A stretch of 57,913 bases of DNA, counting the filler, from Dugesia japonica (lineage: Eukaryota): NCBI GenBank assembly GCA_001938525.1. It is 5 parts of 5 records of this genome, joined end to end, with 100 filler letters (N's around TTAATTAATTAA, not from the genome) between each part and the next. Parts side by side here need not be neighbours in the genome. Positions count along the whole stretch, not along the records: positions 9,113 to 18,899 come from MQRL01644596.1; positions 19,000 to 28,909 come from MQRL01197418.1; 3 more parts are not named here. The stretch is one strand, 5' to 3'. Below are positions 13,801-27,080 of the stretch, one piece after another. Below the pieces are notes generated by a model that did not search any database, was not told where the DNA came from, and saw nothing but the letters and a program-made list of their open reading frames with translations. The stretch's first letter is position 1; every line of letters begins with the position of its first letter. The position numbers and the translations under genes are program-made.

Positions 13801-14400
13801 TGTTCTTTCTGATTTTTGAAGTTGCTCTTGTCTCCTTATTGGTGGACTTACTGGTTTCAATCTTGTTGTTTGATTTCTTATCGGCTCAATATTGTCTTTT
13901 CTCCTTTCTATTGTATCTAATAAACCCAATTTTTCCTTAATTTCTGTTAACGTGGATTGTTTTCTAAGTACCACTTCTCTCTGCAAAGTAATATTCTAGT
14001 ATTTTGGCTAACAACGCTTCTTATGTCAAATCTTTGTGTGAAAAAATATTTTCTACCAGAGTCTGCTTTTTTAATAAATGCATCTAACTTCAGATTTCTT
14101 CGTCTGAATGTTAATAAACTCATTAGATCTTCAAAAACATCTTTTCCTTGTAAAAAGCCAGCCTGTGGCTGGCCTGAAAACCCGTTGCTTTATTTGCAGT
14201 GTTTAAATATTTTTCTATCAAATCCGTGTCTAATAAACACTTAACTAGCTTTTCCTGATCTCTTTAAGCATTGATCCCTTTAGTTGCAAAATACTACTCG
14301 CACTGTTTTATAAATATTTCCCATTCTCTGTCTCTGCTTAAGTTTCTCGGTAGCAACCTCTCTGCAATGGTGTCGGTATTAACCACTGCCACCATGAGAG
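10813..14400 (-). mobile_element. Degenerate Ty3/Gypsy element
   Basis: PBS TGGTGGCAGTGG (tRNA-Leu-like, 14383-14394) next to an LTR end ..CTCTCA; gag knuckles; protease (12865-13251); RT (LDFRRLN, 12269-12676); RNase H (GYCTTRKELL); probable 3' LTR start TGAGAG at 10821. Confidence 0.8.
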
Positions 14401-15453
14401 GCATACATACCTCTAGTAAAAAACAATCTTCTTTTAATAAAGTTTCATAACGAAAGCCAATATAGTTTCATATTGGAAACAAATATAATTTTATACAGGA
14501 AACCATCATGGTATCAGTACAGTTTCATACTAGAAACCAATAGAACTTAACATCTCACAAAAAAAATTACAAAAGAGAAAATAAAAAAATCAATTACAAC
14601 AATGAAATATTGCTTTATAACACGAAAAGAAATTTCAAAACAAAAGAAATCAACATGGAAAAAAATTGCAAAAATTTAAAATCTTACAAGAAACTTTTTA
14701 AAACTATACTAACTTCATATAAACTGCACATTCAACTGCACACAAAATCAATATGTATAATTTCAAACATTTTAAGTATGTGTTCTAATGTTTTTGAGGT
14801 TACAGCTTTTCTTTTTTGAGATTTTTCACAGCTCATATATTTTTTACAGTCTCATATATTATATCAGTTTTATTTTCCATATTAAATTGCCTCAAAATAT
14901 ATTCGTGAAACGTTTTAGATCCAGAATCACATAATAATTGATGAGTATAATCAAAAAATTTGATGTCTTTCTTGTTAATATTCTTTAATAGTTGAGCATT
15001 TTATATATATCAAATAACTGTCTTCTTTATTCACATTCTTTTTCGAATAGTTTTGATATTTTATATTTATTTTCCTAACATCACTTGAATTCAGTTTTCT
15101 TAATATCATAAGTGAAGTATAAATTTTTATTACTAAATTTTGTTCATATTTACAAAATCGTGTAAAAATTATTTTACATTGAAATTTGTCCTGTTAAATT
15201 TTGCTAAGCATTGATACTTCACCGTTTTGTTTCATCAAAATGATGCATGAAACACTTGTAAATCACTGATAAACAAGTTTCTTATTTTGTTTAAATTTAA
15301 GTTTTATAATTTATTTTATATTTATATATTAATATAAATTTATGTTTACTTTTGATATAGTCATATATTATATTACTTGAAATAGTAATATTTATTGAAT
15401 AATTTCTTGATATCTATCGGTTTTAATAATATTTTATACAATATAATTAAGAT

Positions 15454-15454
<1 letters not shown>

Positions 15455-15511
<57 letters not shown>

Positions 15512-15917
15512 TAATAATAATAAATATAATAATAATAATAATTGTGAGGAAAAGTTAATTAGAGTTAAAGTGAAGAATGTTTTAAATTATTAACAATTAA
15601 GTAAGCATAAGAAATATTAAATTAGATCGTAAAATATATTATAAAGTATATTATTAAACTTATATATATTATCGTTGAGAAGTAAAATCTTATTATTTCG
15701 ATTATTGTAATTGTATAAAGAAAACCTAGTGGAATTTGGAATTTATATTAGTGAAGTGTACATTCGAATTTCGTCTACTAACATTTGATATTAAGTTTGT
15801 GATTTGTTATTGAATTTGTAAAGTATTTTTTGTAATTTATTTTAATTTCCATCAAATAATAATTATACTGTTTATTTTCTATTTACATTTATAGAATTCT
15901 CGACAGCTAACAACAAA

Positions 15918-15987
<70 letters not shown>
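15455..15987. repeat. (AAT)n microsatellite split by a ~360-bp insertion
   Basis: AAT runs at ~15455-15542 and ~15918-15987. Confidence 0.9.
15543..15905 (+). mobile_element. Probable solo LTR inserted in the AAT microsatellite
   Basis: TGTGAG...CTCGACA termini, non-coding, AT-rich, with microsatellite on both sides. Confidence 0.45.
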
Positions 15988-16129
15988 NNNNNNNNNNNNN
16001 NNNNNNNNNNNNNNNNNNNNNNNNNNNNNNNNNNNNNNNNNNNNNNNNNNNNNNNNNNNNNNNNNNNNNNNNNNNNNNNNNNNNNNNNNNNNNNNNNNNN
16101 NNNNNNNNNNNNNNNNNNNNNNNNNNACA

Positions 16130-16700
16130 TATTATTTAAACATCAAAATATTGCGAAATATTTTCTAATAGATTTAAAATTTCAGATTCATTCAAAAATA
16201 ATTAGAAGATTTTTAAAAAAAAATAATATCATATGCAAAATTTTAATTCAAACACTTTAAGATTTTTAAAAATAATTTCAGCTGCAAAATTTTAAATCAA
16301 ACTTTCATTCAAATTAATTATTTTAAGTTTTTAATTAATTTGTGAAATTTTAATTATTTTTAAAAAGATTTTAAAAAAACAGTTTCCAATCAAAGCACAA
16401 AAAAATAACAATAATAATAATAATTTCAACTCACGTCTAAGCTACTCACATCCACCCTTTTAAGAAATTTTTTAATCTTCTCTACGTTTCTTTCGAGACT
16501 TATGCCGTTTGTATCTTTTAGGATGTAACGTCTGTCTTGAACCTTACTCTTGATTTTACTCTTACTCTTGAAATGAATACAAAAGTAGTAAATTGCTAGA
16601 AATTCTTTCCGCGTAGTACAATATCCTTTCTCATGACTCGTCATTGCGTGTGACCCATATGCAATTACTTTTTCTTGCCCATTAAAATAAAAATACAAAT
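16130..16700 (-). mobile_element. Gypsy 3' remnant (RNase H piece fused to integrase end, PPT, LTR)
   Basis: KVIAYGSHAMTSHEKGYCTTRKEFLAIYYF, then ERNVEKIKKF, PPT AAAAGGGTGGA and LTR start TGTGAG at 16450. Confidence 0.7.
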
Positions 16701-16749
16701 TAATTTGCTTATAAATGTTAAAAACAATACAACTGTTCTTCCTTTCCAA

Positions 16750-17110
16750 AATCTAACAGAATGTAGATATACTGACAGACAAAAAGAATAATTAAACAAA
16801 GGACCAAGCTATATTCCTGCAAATTCAGGAGTCTTTGACTTATACAATATTGCAATGAATGAAGCTTGAATTTACAGTCTCAAATGCCAATTTTACAGAC
16901 TAGAAAATACAATATATAAAATATCAGATAATTCCTCAGTTTTTTTTATTATAATGGAGTATAAACAATCACTCAGGCGCATGATACCAACATATAATTA
17001 TCCGATTACGGAAATTGATAACAATATAGAGGAACTCAGAAATAAACGTTTAGAAACTTACAATGTTAACAAGAATATCAAATCTAAAAGTAATGAAAAC
17101 AGAAATATTT
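16750..17110 (+). mobile_element. Possible Penelope-like retroelement N-terminal fragment
   Basis: NLT...YTDRQKE*LNKGPSYIP resembles the NLS..LT..E..LL.KG..F.P motif; short and decayed. Confidence 0.35.
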
Positions 17111-17131
17111 AAAAAGATAAAGAAGTTGAAG

Positions 17132-17190
17132 GTAGTAGGATACTAGCGCACCAGATCATCCACCGCTTCCGAGAGAGAAAAGTTCTTCAG
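17132..17190 (+). repeat. Putative Maverick/Polinton terminal inverted repeat (left end)
   Basis: GTAGTAGGATACTAGCGCACC...GAGAGAAAA; related copies at 30964 and 45690; a PolB fragment follows. Confidence 0.45.
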
Positions 17191-17839
17191 ACAAAACTTT
17201 TTATTCATTCAAATTTAATTGAAAACTTTTAAAAACTTTGATTTTCTTTTGAAATTATTCATTGAACACACACAAAAAAACTTTTTCCCGAGGTTTAAAT
17301 CATGTTACTCATCATTCAAAGCAAATTTTTTACTATGAGTAATATGAGAATATCATATTTAAAAGTCAAAATTTCATATACCCAAAAAATTTAATGAAAA
17401 TTTCATTACAATTCTTCTCTAGGAATATCAGTATTGAAATCAAATTATTCCCTGAGTGATCATTAACATTAAAATAATAATAATACATAGAACCAATTAA
17501 ATGAAAGTAACACTAGAATTATCATACAATAGACTTAATTTTATAATTATAATACACACACTTAGCAAATTAAATAACAAAAGAACAAANGGTTTTCAAA
17601 CAAAAATTTATTCAAATTGAGCTGTCTGGAAAAGTGAGTTGAATTTCTAAATAATAAAAATTAATTAATTTCAATTAACAATTAAAACATTATTACCTTA
17701 ACATCATCAATTTATTAAATAAGGTTACATTTAAGAATTTCTTTTTGTATTGAAGAAATAAGTAAGAATATAGTGTATCCATACTATGAAAGAAATAGCA
17801 AAAATAAAATGAAAATATCAGCAAATAAAGAAATTACAT

Positions 17840-18570
17840 TTAAAGTATTGACTATCTGTTATTTATGTGAAAAGGCAAATTCTTGATCATGTTCGTGACA
17901 ATGATGATTTCACAGGGAAATTTCTAGAAGCTGAGTGTAACAATTGTAGTTTAAGCAGACAAATAAGATACAAATTACCAGTTGTATTTCATAATCTGAG
18001 AAGATATTATTTAAAACTTNTTTTAAAATATGAACTTCGTAAATTTCAACACTGAGATATTTCGTGTATTCTAAAAACAAATGAAACGTTTCTATATTTA
18101 ACTGAACATCATAGCAAACCAACAATAAAGTTTATTGATTTTTATCAATTTTAAAACTCGACGTCAAAATAAGACCATTTACCGCAAATTAATATAATGA
18201 TGATAGGATTTTCCATTAAAAGGGTGTTTTCTCGCATGAGTTTGCAACCAGTTTGAAGGTTTTGGAGGAAACATTAACACTGCCTCTAAGATCGAATGAG
18301 GTCATTAAAGATGCATATCAGAAGCCCTGGGAAATTTTGGAAATCATAGAATTTACGAATTTATTGCACTATAAGATGGTCTACTTAAAGTTGGATGTCT
18401 TTCTGTTGGCTGATTTCTTACAACAGTTTTGAACTAAATCATTGGCACACAACAAACTGGAACCATTAAATTTCTTCGGAATTCCAGGAATGAGTTGGGC
18501 ATCTGCCTTGATGACCTTGAATGAACCAATTGAATTACTTAAAAACAATGATATGTACATGTTTTTTTCA
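17840..18570 (+). pseudogene. Second Polinton-type PolB fragment (Endo VII-like CxxC/DH region and exonuclease/palm start)
   Basis: ICYLCE..HVRDND..GKFLEAECNNCSL, LPVVFHNL, VYLKLDVFLLADF, IPGMSWASAL, IELL..NDMYMFF. Confidence 0.8.
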
Positions 18571-18679
18571 TAAGTAAATTCAATGTATTTAAATATAGGT
18601 TTTTTTACTATAAATGCAAAATCTCACATCTTAAATTTTAAGTTTGGCTCTCGAAAAAATAATAAGCAATAATTTGGCT

Positions 18680-18899
18680 CTTTATAATTACAATTATTGA
18701 GAATAATTGTTAGACTTGACCATTGATCGCCTTTGAAATTTCAAAAAAATAAAGAAAAGCTTCGATCAAAATAAAATGTATTTGTAAAAAATTTCAAATT
18801 TTCGACAATAGAAGATTGTTAATATAAGACTGTTGTCGAAAATTTGAACTTTTTTACAAATACATTTTATTTTGATCGAAGCTTTTTCTTTATTTTAAT
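18680..18899. repeat. Foldback/MITE-like palindromic repeat
   Basis: ~65-bp near-perfect inverted arms (18746-18810 vs 18830-18896) containing GCTTCGATCAAAA; related sequence at 19950-20175, 20380-20450 and ~42725. Confidence 0.7.
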
Positions 18900-18999
18900 N
18901 NNNNNNNNNNNNNNNNNNNNNNNNNNNNNNNNNNNNNNNNNNNTTAATTAATTAANNNNNNNNNNNNNNNNNNNNNNNNNNNNNNNNNNNNNNNNNNNN
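18900..18999. other. Synthetic contig linker
   Basis: 44N-TTAATTAATTAA-44N. Confidence 0.97.
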
Positions 19000-19294
19000 T
19001 TCCATTTTATAAAATAATAGTGTTCAGTTTTCTTTAATTTTTTGCATAATAAATATTGATCCAAGTTTTTTGCGATTTTTCATGCGTACTTAGCCGGGAT
19101 GCGTACCACATTTTTTGCGTGCTTAAGCGGGAAGTTACTTTAATAAGGTTTTTAATAAATACTTAAATCATAAATCGTTTTTTATTAATGAATGCAATTG
19201 ACATGCAATGTGAATGCAACACAGAAACACGTGCCTGGGAATTTTTAATTAATGCAATAGCCATGCAATATAGTTGCATGCAAATTTCCTAGTG

Positions 19295-19462
19295 TTTTTT
19301 GGAAAAAAGCTCTATGCTTTTATGATTTTACTAAAAAAAGTTCCTAGCTTACATGTTTTTTTTATGGAAAAGTTCCATGCTTTTAAGATTTTTAAAAGAA
19401 AATTTCTGCACTTATGAATTATTTTTTAAAAAAGTTCTACACTTATGAATTAATTTTTAAAA
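19295..19462. repeat. Degenerate ~31-bp minisatellite
   Basis: About five units of AAAAAAGTTCYRYRCTTWTGAWTT.. Confidence 0.55.
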
Positions 19463-19949
19463 ATTTATATTATATTTATATTGCCATAATTATAATAATT
19501 ACAATTATGATAATATGAAATTAAACAATCAATAAATATATTGATTTTTTAATTTCATAATACCATTATTGTTTATAAATAGAAACACTTAATTTTATTA
19601 CCAATCGATATTACACGAAAATGTATTACCAACTATCAACTGCTAACATGTTTATTCAACTTCAGAATTTCCTGAATGATTTTATTGCTCATCAGTCAAA
19701 TAAGTCCATGAAAAGAATCATAAAATCTAATTATATCGCTTCTTAGTATTGTTCAAAGAAATTCAACTGTAATTATAAAATGTTGTTGTCCTTCACGCAC
19801 CTGGAATCTAGATTATAGGTTTCAAAACTCCCTCCATGTATTCCACTTGCTGATTTTTTTATTGACAGTAAAACCTATGCCTAGCGTTGCCAGATTTCTT
19901 GCAGTTCAAACCGGGGCCCTCCATACTCGAATAAATCCATAATATTAGA

Positions 19950-20175
19950 GCATTTCATTGAAAATAATAGCTTCGGTCCAATTGTTGTTTTATAGATAAG
20001 CGAATTTGCGACTATTGTCTTTTTCAGGAATATAATATCCTGAAGGCAATAGCTGAAAATTCGAATATCTTTAAAAGAACAGTTTGATCGAAGCTATTTT
20101 GTCACTGAAATGCCAAATGCAATCAATAGTCAAGTCCAACAATTATTCTCGTAATAATTGTAATTGTAAAAATAT
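19950..20175. repeat. Second copy of the foldback family (palindrome centred ~20030)
   Basis: AATAGCTTCGGTCCAA...TTTGATCGAAGCTATT arms; outer arm TCAAGTCCAACAATTATTCTC matches 18695 in reverse. Confidence 0.65.
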
Positions 20176-20559
20176 TAGAGTACTTAGTTTTTTCCTCTAC
20201 CCAAGATTTTGGCACGATTGGGTTGCCATGTAACTTATACTTAATTTTTAGTTTATATTACATAAGAAAATAAAATCAACCAATTTTAGTGTGCATTACT
20301 AAATAATTGGAACAAGAATAGTCAAAAATAAACGAAAATATAAAGATAGGAATAAAAACAAATTTAAAAGTACAATTATATATTTTACAATTACAATTAT
20401 TGCGAGAATAATTGTTGAACTTAACCATTGGTCGTATTTGAGATTTCCTTAAATTAAAAGATTCTATCAAAATGTTGATTTTTATAATATTGTTTTAGTT
20501 GTGTTAATAATTCAAATTTTCAACTTTGGTCTTCTTTAGAAATTAAATTTTTAATTGAT

Positions 20560-23500
20560 TCAAGATTTATTATTGAACTTAACACTGGAGTCCTACTTAA
20601 TTAATTTTTTAAACTTTGAAAGCTTTTTTCACATTTTGCAGTCGAGATTAATATTTTTTGATTACTTCCACACAAACTTTCCAAAGGTTTTGCGTACTGT
20701 GTATATTCATGAACAAATTGTCTGGAATAGTTTGCTTAAAACCAAAAAACTGCATAGTTTCTTTAAAAATTTTAGTCTTTCAAATTCTATAATGGCTTTT
20801 ATTTTCTCCAGACCAGTTTCTATCATATTTTTACTTATGATATGGCAGACAAATTTGATGGAATAATTTTTGAATCTGATTGTTGTATCTTCTGGAATAC
20901 TTTTTCTATCGATTGATAATGTTTGTCTAAAGTTTTTGAAAATACGAGTATGTCACCAGGTCACAACTGCCTCTTTCCAATTCAAATTTCCAAGAACTTT
21001 ATCCATCAGTTTCTGGAATGTTTCAGGTGCTGCTGCAATATCAAATGACATTCTGTTGAAACAATATTGTTTATTTTTCGTGAAGAATTTTTGTTCAAAT
21101 TAAAATCTTCTTCAAGCTCAACTTGATAATACGCGTTACCCCAATCAATAGTCGAGATAAATTTTGCGCCTTTTAGAATATCTAGTAAATCATTCATGTT
21201 AGGCATGGGAAATATTGGTCTTTCTGCCACAGTATTAAGAGTTCTAAAGTCTAAATATATACTTATGTCCTCCTTATCCTTTTCTTAACACAAACTAATG
21301 GTGTATTCAACGGTGATTCACACTCTTTAATACTTTCATATAATTCCATTTCTTTAATCTGTTCATTAATCTTCTCAATCAAATATGCAGATTGTATTCT
21401 TGAATTCAATGCAATTGGTTTACCCGAAGTAGTGATTTCATATCTTAATAAACTAAGTCTTACCAACCTCCTATTTGTGTTTCATAAAAATTTTAATCCA
21501 TAACATTGATATTTGGAATTTCCTTGTTTGTGAAAATGTAAGCACTCAGCATTTGGACATTTTTGAAAGCGATTTCCTATTTATCTTTCTGTTTTATTTT
21601 CATTTCTTTGTCATCGAGAACATTGAACAGTAAAATTTATTTATCCATTTTTTAGAGTCCCAACTGAGTTGAATGTTAAAATTTGGGACAGGAGGATAAA
21701 TTTTTAGTGGAACCCCTTGAAAAATTTTGACCTAATGTCCCTTAATTAGGTTTTCAAGATAAAGCCGTTGACTCATAATTCATAGTTTGAGTACCTCCTT
21801 TAATCCCTTTGGTTTGGGTTCAAACTTCCCTTTATTTATTCACAAATAAAAATTACAGACTGACATCCATTAAGATTTATTTAGTAGAACATCAAAAAGG
21901 CAACAACGTAATTCAATTAGGAAGACACCGGAGAGTTCACTATGAAGTCAAAAGCGGTTTCATCATAGTCACTGTTCCATGAGCAAATAAGGAGAAGATT
22001 TTGTCTGGCTGTTAGATCCGCTATGTATTGGGTCAGAGGATTGAACTTATTAAAAGGTTTATTCGCGGTTTGATTGACAATAGCTAGCTACTTCTTTGAT
22101 ACTAACTTTATTTACTTGATAAGTTGGTTCTTTTGCTGAATTTGGCATAGGAGAGTTCGTTCAAACCTTTTTGCATAATTACTACGCAATAACTTGTGGC
22201 AACACTTTAGACTTAGTGGACACTGGATAAGAGGCACTAAATTATGTGACAGTTACATAAAAGAGCAATACAACTAGAAAATTCATGAGTTCAATAATTT
22301 AAAATACAAAATAGAAAGATATATTCATGTAATTATAGCACAGTGTCAATTACGGGTTTGGGTAGCCTATTGATCAGCAAAGGTTNNNNNNNNNNNNNNN
22401 NNNNNNNNNNNNNNNNNNNNNNNNNNNNNNNNNNNNNNNNNNNGAAGCGCAATTGAATTTGTTCACGAACGACTCTAGAATTTCCAAAACCTCTATTGAG
22501 AGTGGGAGAGTTTAGCTACTATTATGTACTCACGGCATCTCTTTCTATAACTTGGGCTAACCGATTGCGCTTGGCAAGGCGGTACAATTCCAAAGTCATC
22601 TCTTCCTCTTCCCTATCTGAATGTTGTTTCTTGCGAGGAGCTACAGACCTAGAACCAGAGTTGTTCACTAGAATAAAAGAAACAATTAGTAATAAAGTAA
22701 GGGTCAACTTAGTTAATTAACACTACTTAAATTTAATAATAATAATAAAACGTACAATAAACTCTAAAACTATATTAAAGAAAACACCGAAATCATGTTT
22801 ACTAATAATACTCGAAGTCCTCAGCCCCTGATAAAGTCGGATATGCGGGGGAAGACGGAGCTCGCGTCACTCGAGTCTCCCTTGCTAGCCAGTGTTGATA
22901 AAGCCAGCGCTCGGCTTCGTCTGCTCGTCGTTGCCACTCTTGATCGATTGGTGGCATGTTCGATCTCTCTATAAATATCCCGGCATCACGTTGGTAAGGG
23001 TTCGCTATCCGTCGAAAAATGATACGACCCGTTCCGTCGTTATATATGCGCCACCCGTATTGAGACACTACAAAGAATGGATCGTCAACATAAAGTAGAA
23101 GTCAATAAGGATATTTTATAGTAACGAAATAAACTCAAATTACAACACGTCAGAAAAGTTAAATACATTATCACACTGCAATATCTAAATAGCGTCACGA
23201 TAATGGATTCAATAAGTGAACCTCTCATCTAATGGTGCTGACACTACACGGAACAAAAATAAATATTAGAAATAGATAATGAGATAGTGTAAACATGTAT
23301 GCCATATAAAAGAAACCAAGTCTAATGTTCTGACAACGATTTTATTAAGTCAATCAAACATTAACAATAACAAGGAAAGTTTATATTGTGTACTGCTTGC
23401 TACGCCGGTTCCTTTCGAACTTTTCCATGTAACACGCTTGGGGCAACTAAGATGGGTCAGAAAAGCTAGCATAACTTGGATGTCAGTTACGTCCTAATTC

Positions 23501-26500
23501 CCGTTTATATGTGTCATCCGCCCGTTTAATCCTCTTTTCCGCAGGTGCCATATTGGAATTATCCACTAAAGTCCCTATGCACATGTTGTGTTGATTCGTC
23601 ACGGGCTTATCCTTTTTCGTTCCATCGTCGAGTGGGTACAATCTCCATATCGTACTGGGGTTCGAGTTTGGATTCACTAAAAGGAAACATTATTAAATAA
23701 CTGATTCGATAATAACGGGGTAGAATGAGATGTTGAGAATACTACTATAATCTTATAACGGTAATCATCATTTCAGTAATAACAGAACTACGCTTATCGT
23801 AATAATGGCCAAACCCCAAAAAAAAGAAAATCATAATACTGATGTAAGCCCAAAGCCATTCTAAATGGTCAAGTAATACTATGGCCACGACTAATAATAA
23901 TGGTATTAACATAATGGCATAACCAATAGTAACGAGGTTAAGAGAAATAATCACACTAGAATTAACAATAAGAATAATGGTTATGACAATAATGATAAAA
24001 TAAAAAATATTAATAAATTTCAATCATAATAACAACAATAGTTATAATAATAATTGTAATAATGATAATAATAGGAATAGGAAAATTAATAATAATAATA
24101 ATAATATTAATAAAATTATAATGGTGATAATAATAATAGTGATGAAATAATATTAATAAGAATGATATTCGCTAATAATAATCATGGTAACCAAGAAGGC
24201 ATAGTATTAATCATAGTAATAATGATGTTAATAATAACAACAGATATCATAATAGTAATAATGAACCACCATTCTTAATAACATTAAGAATAACCGTATT
24301 AAGGATAATAATCGATGACATCGTAACCATAATCATACTACATAATGAGAGCAAGTGAAAACTGACGATGATTGGCACACTTTCATTGACTAAAATTAGC
24401 ATGTTCTTATTAGAAACGCCATCAAATATAGTAGAAAAATGATGTAGTTAGATTCCATACAACCCTGGTTTGTATATATCACCAAAAATCTCATCAACTT
24501 CTAATTGCCAGAGAAATTGGCTTTATCGTAATTGCCCTCAAAGTGATAGGCAATCATCGCATTAAGTGGTTGTTATCTTAGCTTATCCTAGATTCTTTGC
24601 TAGACAGATGTGATTTCCAAACTGGGCAGCAACACTTGATAATTGGAAGCGAAGTATAGCTCTCCCAGGTACGAAATGATTTAGCTTAAGGAAACAAAGT
24701 TTTCTTTCTATTTAGTTACGACACCACATAGTTGCGATTTACTTAGGCGTTGGTGTGCATTTTATCACTACCACTTAGAGACCAAGTAGCATGATAACAA
24801 TCTTCCATGTAATTTCGGTGTTGATGCCGGCAGTTCAATTATACTAATTTGGTTAAATAGTTTGTTTGCTTGTGTGTGTGTGTGTACGAGGAGAGGAGAG
24901 AAATATTATACTCGTCTGGAGACTGGCCTAATTCTTTTTGATTCGATTTACAGATTTGCAATGCTAAATCTAATATTTGACGAATTATTTTTCTGGCCAT
25001 CTGTTGCATATGCAATTTAATCAATCACACTATCGGGTCTATTTACTGACAAAATCGTATTATGCTAATTGGTACCATGACTTTTAACGGAAATTAATTT
25101 GTGAATAAATATATTTTCAATTATAAACATATATTTTTTAATCATAAAATGATTCCAACAAACTTTCAATTTAATTTCTGCAACTAGGAATTCCGAAAAG
25201 AAAATTTCATTGACAATAATGGCTTTCTAATAATTCTTCTTGAAATATTTTAGACGTTTCTATTCTCTTAAATGAAATTTTACTTTTGCACTTACTACTC
25301 AATTAATCACTAAATTTTATTGACATTTTTCTAATTTTCCGGGAGTTTATATAGTTCAACTTTTGCACCCAACTTGGCTATTATTTTTAGATTTTTTCTT
25401 AGACTTTCTATTGGTTCTTGGTCTTAATTTTAGACTTTTTCTGACACTTTCTTTGTGTTTTATTGGTGGTTATTTAGGGTAACCACATGATTCTTAAGTC
25501 TTTGTTTTAACTCTTTTTTTCTGATTTCTCACTATTTTGTCCTTTATAACCCTTTCCTGACTTTTTTGAAGGTGTTAGCTTTCAAACTTTACCAAAATTG
25601 AGTTTCTTTTTAATTTATCTATTTAATTTTTCTTGTCCCGCCGTTTTAGGATTATCTGGACTAAAGTTATTCAGCTTTTTCATTGTGCGGTTTAGTGACC
25701 TTCTTTCATTTGTACTTGTTAATTAATTTTTCTTTATTTTCCCCTAATTTTATTCCCATTAATTTTAATTAATTTAAATACATTTTCGGAATTTCTTCTT
25801 GATTATAATTTGTCATAATTATTCCTTTTACTGGTCTTGATTATTTTTTATATTATTTATTATTATTCCTTGAATTTTTTCATAATTATTGAATTCCAAA
25901 TCAGTATTAATTGATTCCTTAACCTATTGCTGATGATCCTTCTTTCAGTATCTCTTCTTCGTATTTTTAAATTATCTTCTGCTCGGTTTGGGGATTCTTA
26001 CTTATTATTTTTCTTTAGCTTGGTGTTTCACCCCTAAAATTTTATGATTTAAGATATTGTCTGAAAGTTCTTCAAGTTTCTTACAGAAATCATCTATCGA
26101 ATCGCTTCTTTTGTAATATCTTAGAGCTTCTTTCCAATCATCAATAAAAGTTGATGATTTATGAAAGGCCATCAATAATCTTTCTTCACAATTTTTAACT
26201 TTTTCCAATACTTTGTATTTTTTGGTTGTTTCTAGTGACAAAAAAATTCTTATAAACGTTTCTTTATATTTTCATCAATCATAGCGAGATCGAAGAATCT
26301 ATCGAAATCCCTGGTTAACATCGTTTCCAATTTTATACGTCTCTGAAAGTTTTTCGAAATTTGCCAATAAGGTGATCGCCATGCTACAATTTTTGTTACT
26401 TAAATTTCAAGGATTCATAATCTAAAATAAATTCCCAAAAACTATATATTTTTAAAAATTTACACAACAAAATACAATATTACAATATTAGAACAATACA

Positions 26501-26520
26501 TTCTTTTGAGGATTTTGTCA
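20560..26520 (-). mobile_element. Degenerate Gypsy element split by a ~3.2-kb unrelated insertion
   Basis: PBS TGGCGATCACC (26371-26381) beside an LTR; gag (26005-26241); protease remnant ~21890; RT (ESPLNTPLVCVKK, IDWGNAYYQV, 21006-21466). Confidence 0.75.
22802..23068 (-). CDS. Orphan ORF/exon in a GC-richer insertion, function unknown
   Basis: 88 sense codons, protein-like composition, flanked by pyrimidine-AG acceptor-like and GT donor-like sites; no recognised family. Confidence 0.35.
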   Translation of the reverse strand: MSQYGWRIYNDGTGRIIFRRIANPYQRDAGIFIERSNMPPIDQEWQRRADEAERWLYQHWLARETRVTRAPSSPAYPTLSGAEDFEYY

Positions 26521-27080
26521 TATTCTGTTAAATTTATGAATCATTCGTAAAATGCAAACATTTGAAATTTATCTAAATTATTTTTATTTTCAAAATATTA
26601 AATTATTTTTTTGAAACTCATTTTAATTATATATATTATTTTTACATTTGTAAATCTCACAATCGCTGTTCTTCTTCAATTCTCAATATTTTTCCTAGTT
26701 TGAAGATTTTATACTTAATATTTAAATATTTTGTAAATAGAAAATAGATAATTTTTAATACTTTTATTTTTACTTATCGATTGTTCCTTTCTTAACTAGT
26801 GTTTCGTTTTTTTTTCATTGAAAGATAATTTTATCTGTTTATTATTACATAAATTTAATTTTATTTTAAAGCCGTGTTTTGATTCAGAAAAACATTTAAT
26901 TAAAGACAATAAATATCATGAACAATCTACTATTATTTTTTTAGTAATATTTACAAATTTCCATTTGTTAATTTAAGCAAACAAAAATATTTAATATATA
27001 AATAGTAAGTACATCATTGAAAATAAAAAATTAAAATAGCATCGATTAATACTATCAATTTCTCAACCTATTGATTAATA

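Noticed and set aside
15879-16130. Poly-Ile ORF
   Set aside because: Microsatellite plus N gap artefact.
23745-24023. Hydrophobic 92-aa ORF as a membrane protein
   Set aside because: Largely the reverse translation of a decayed (AAT)n tract; no supporting motif.
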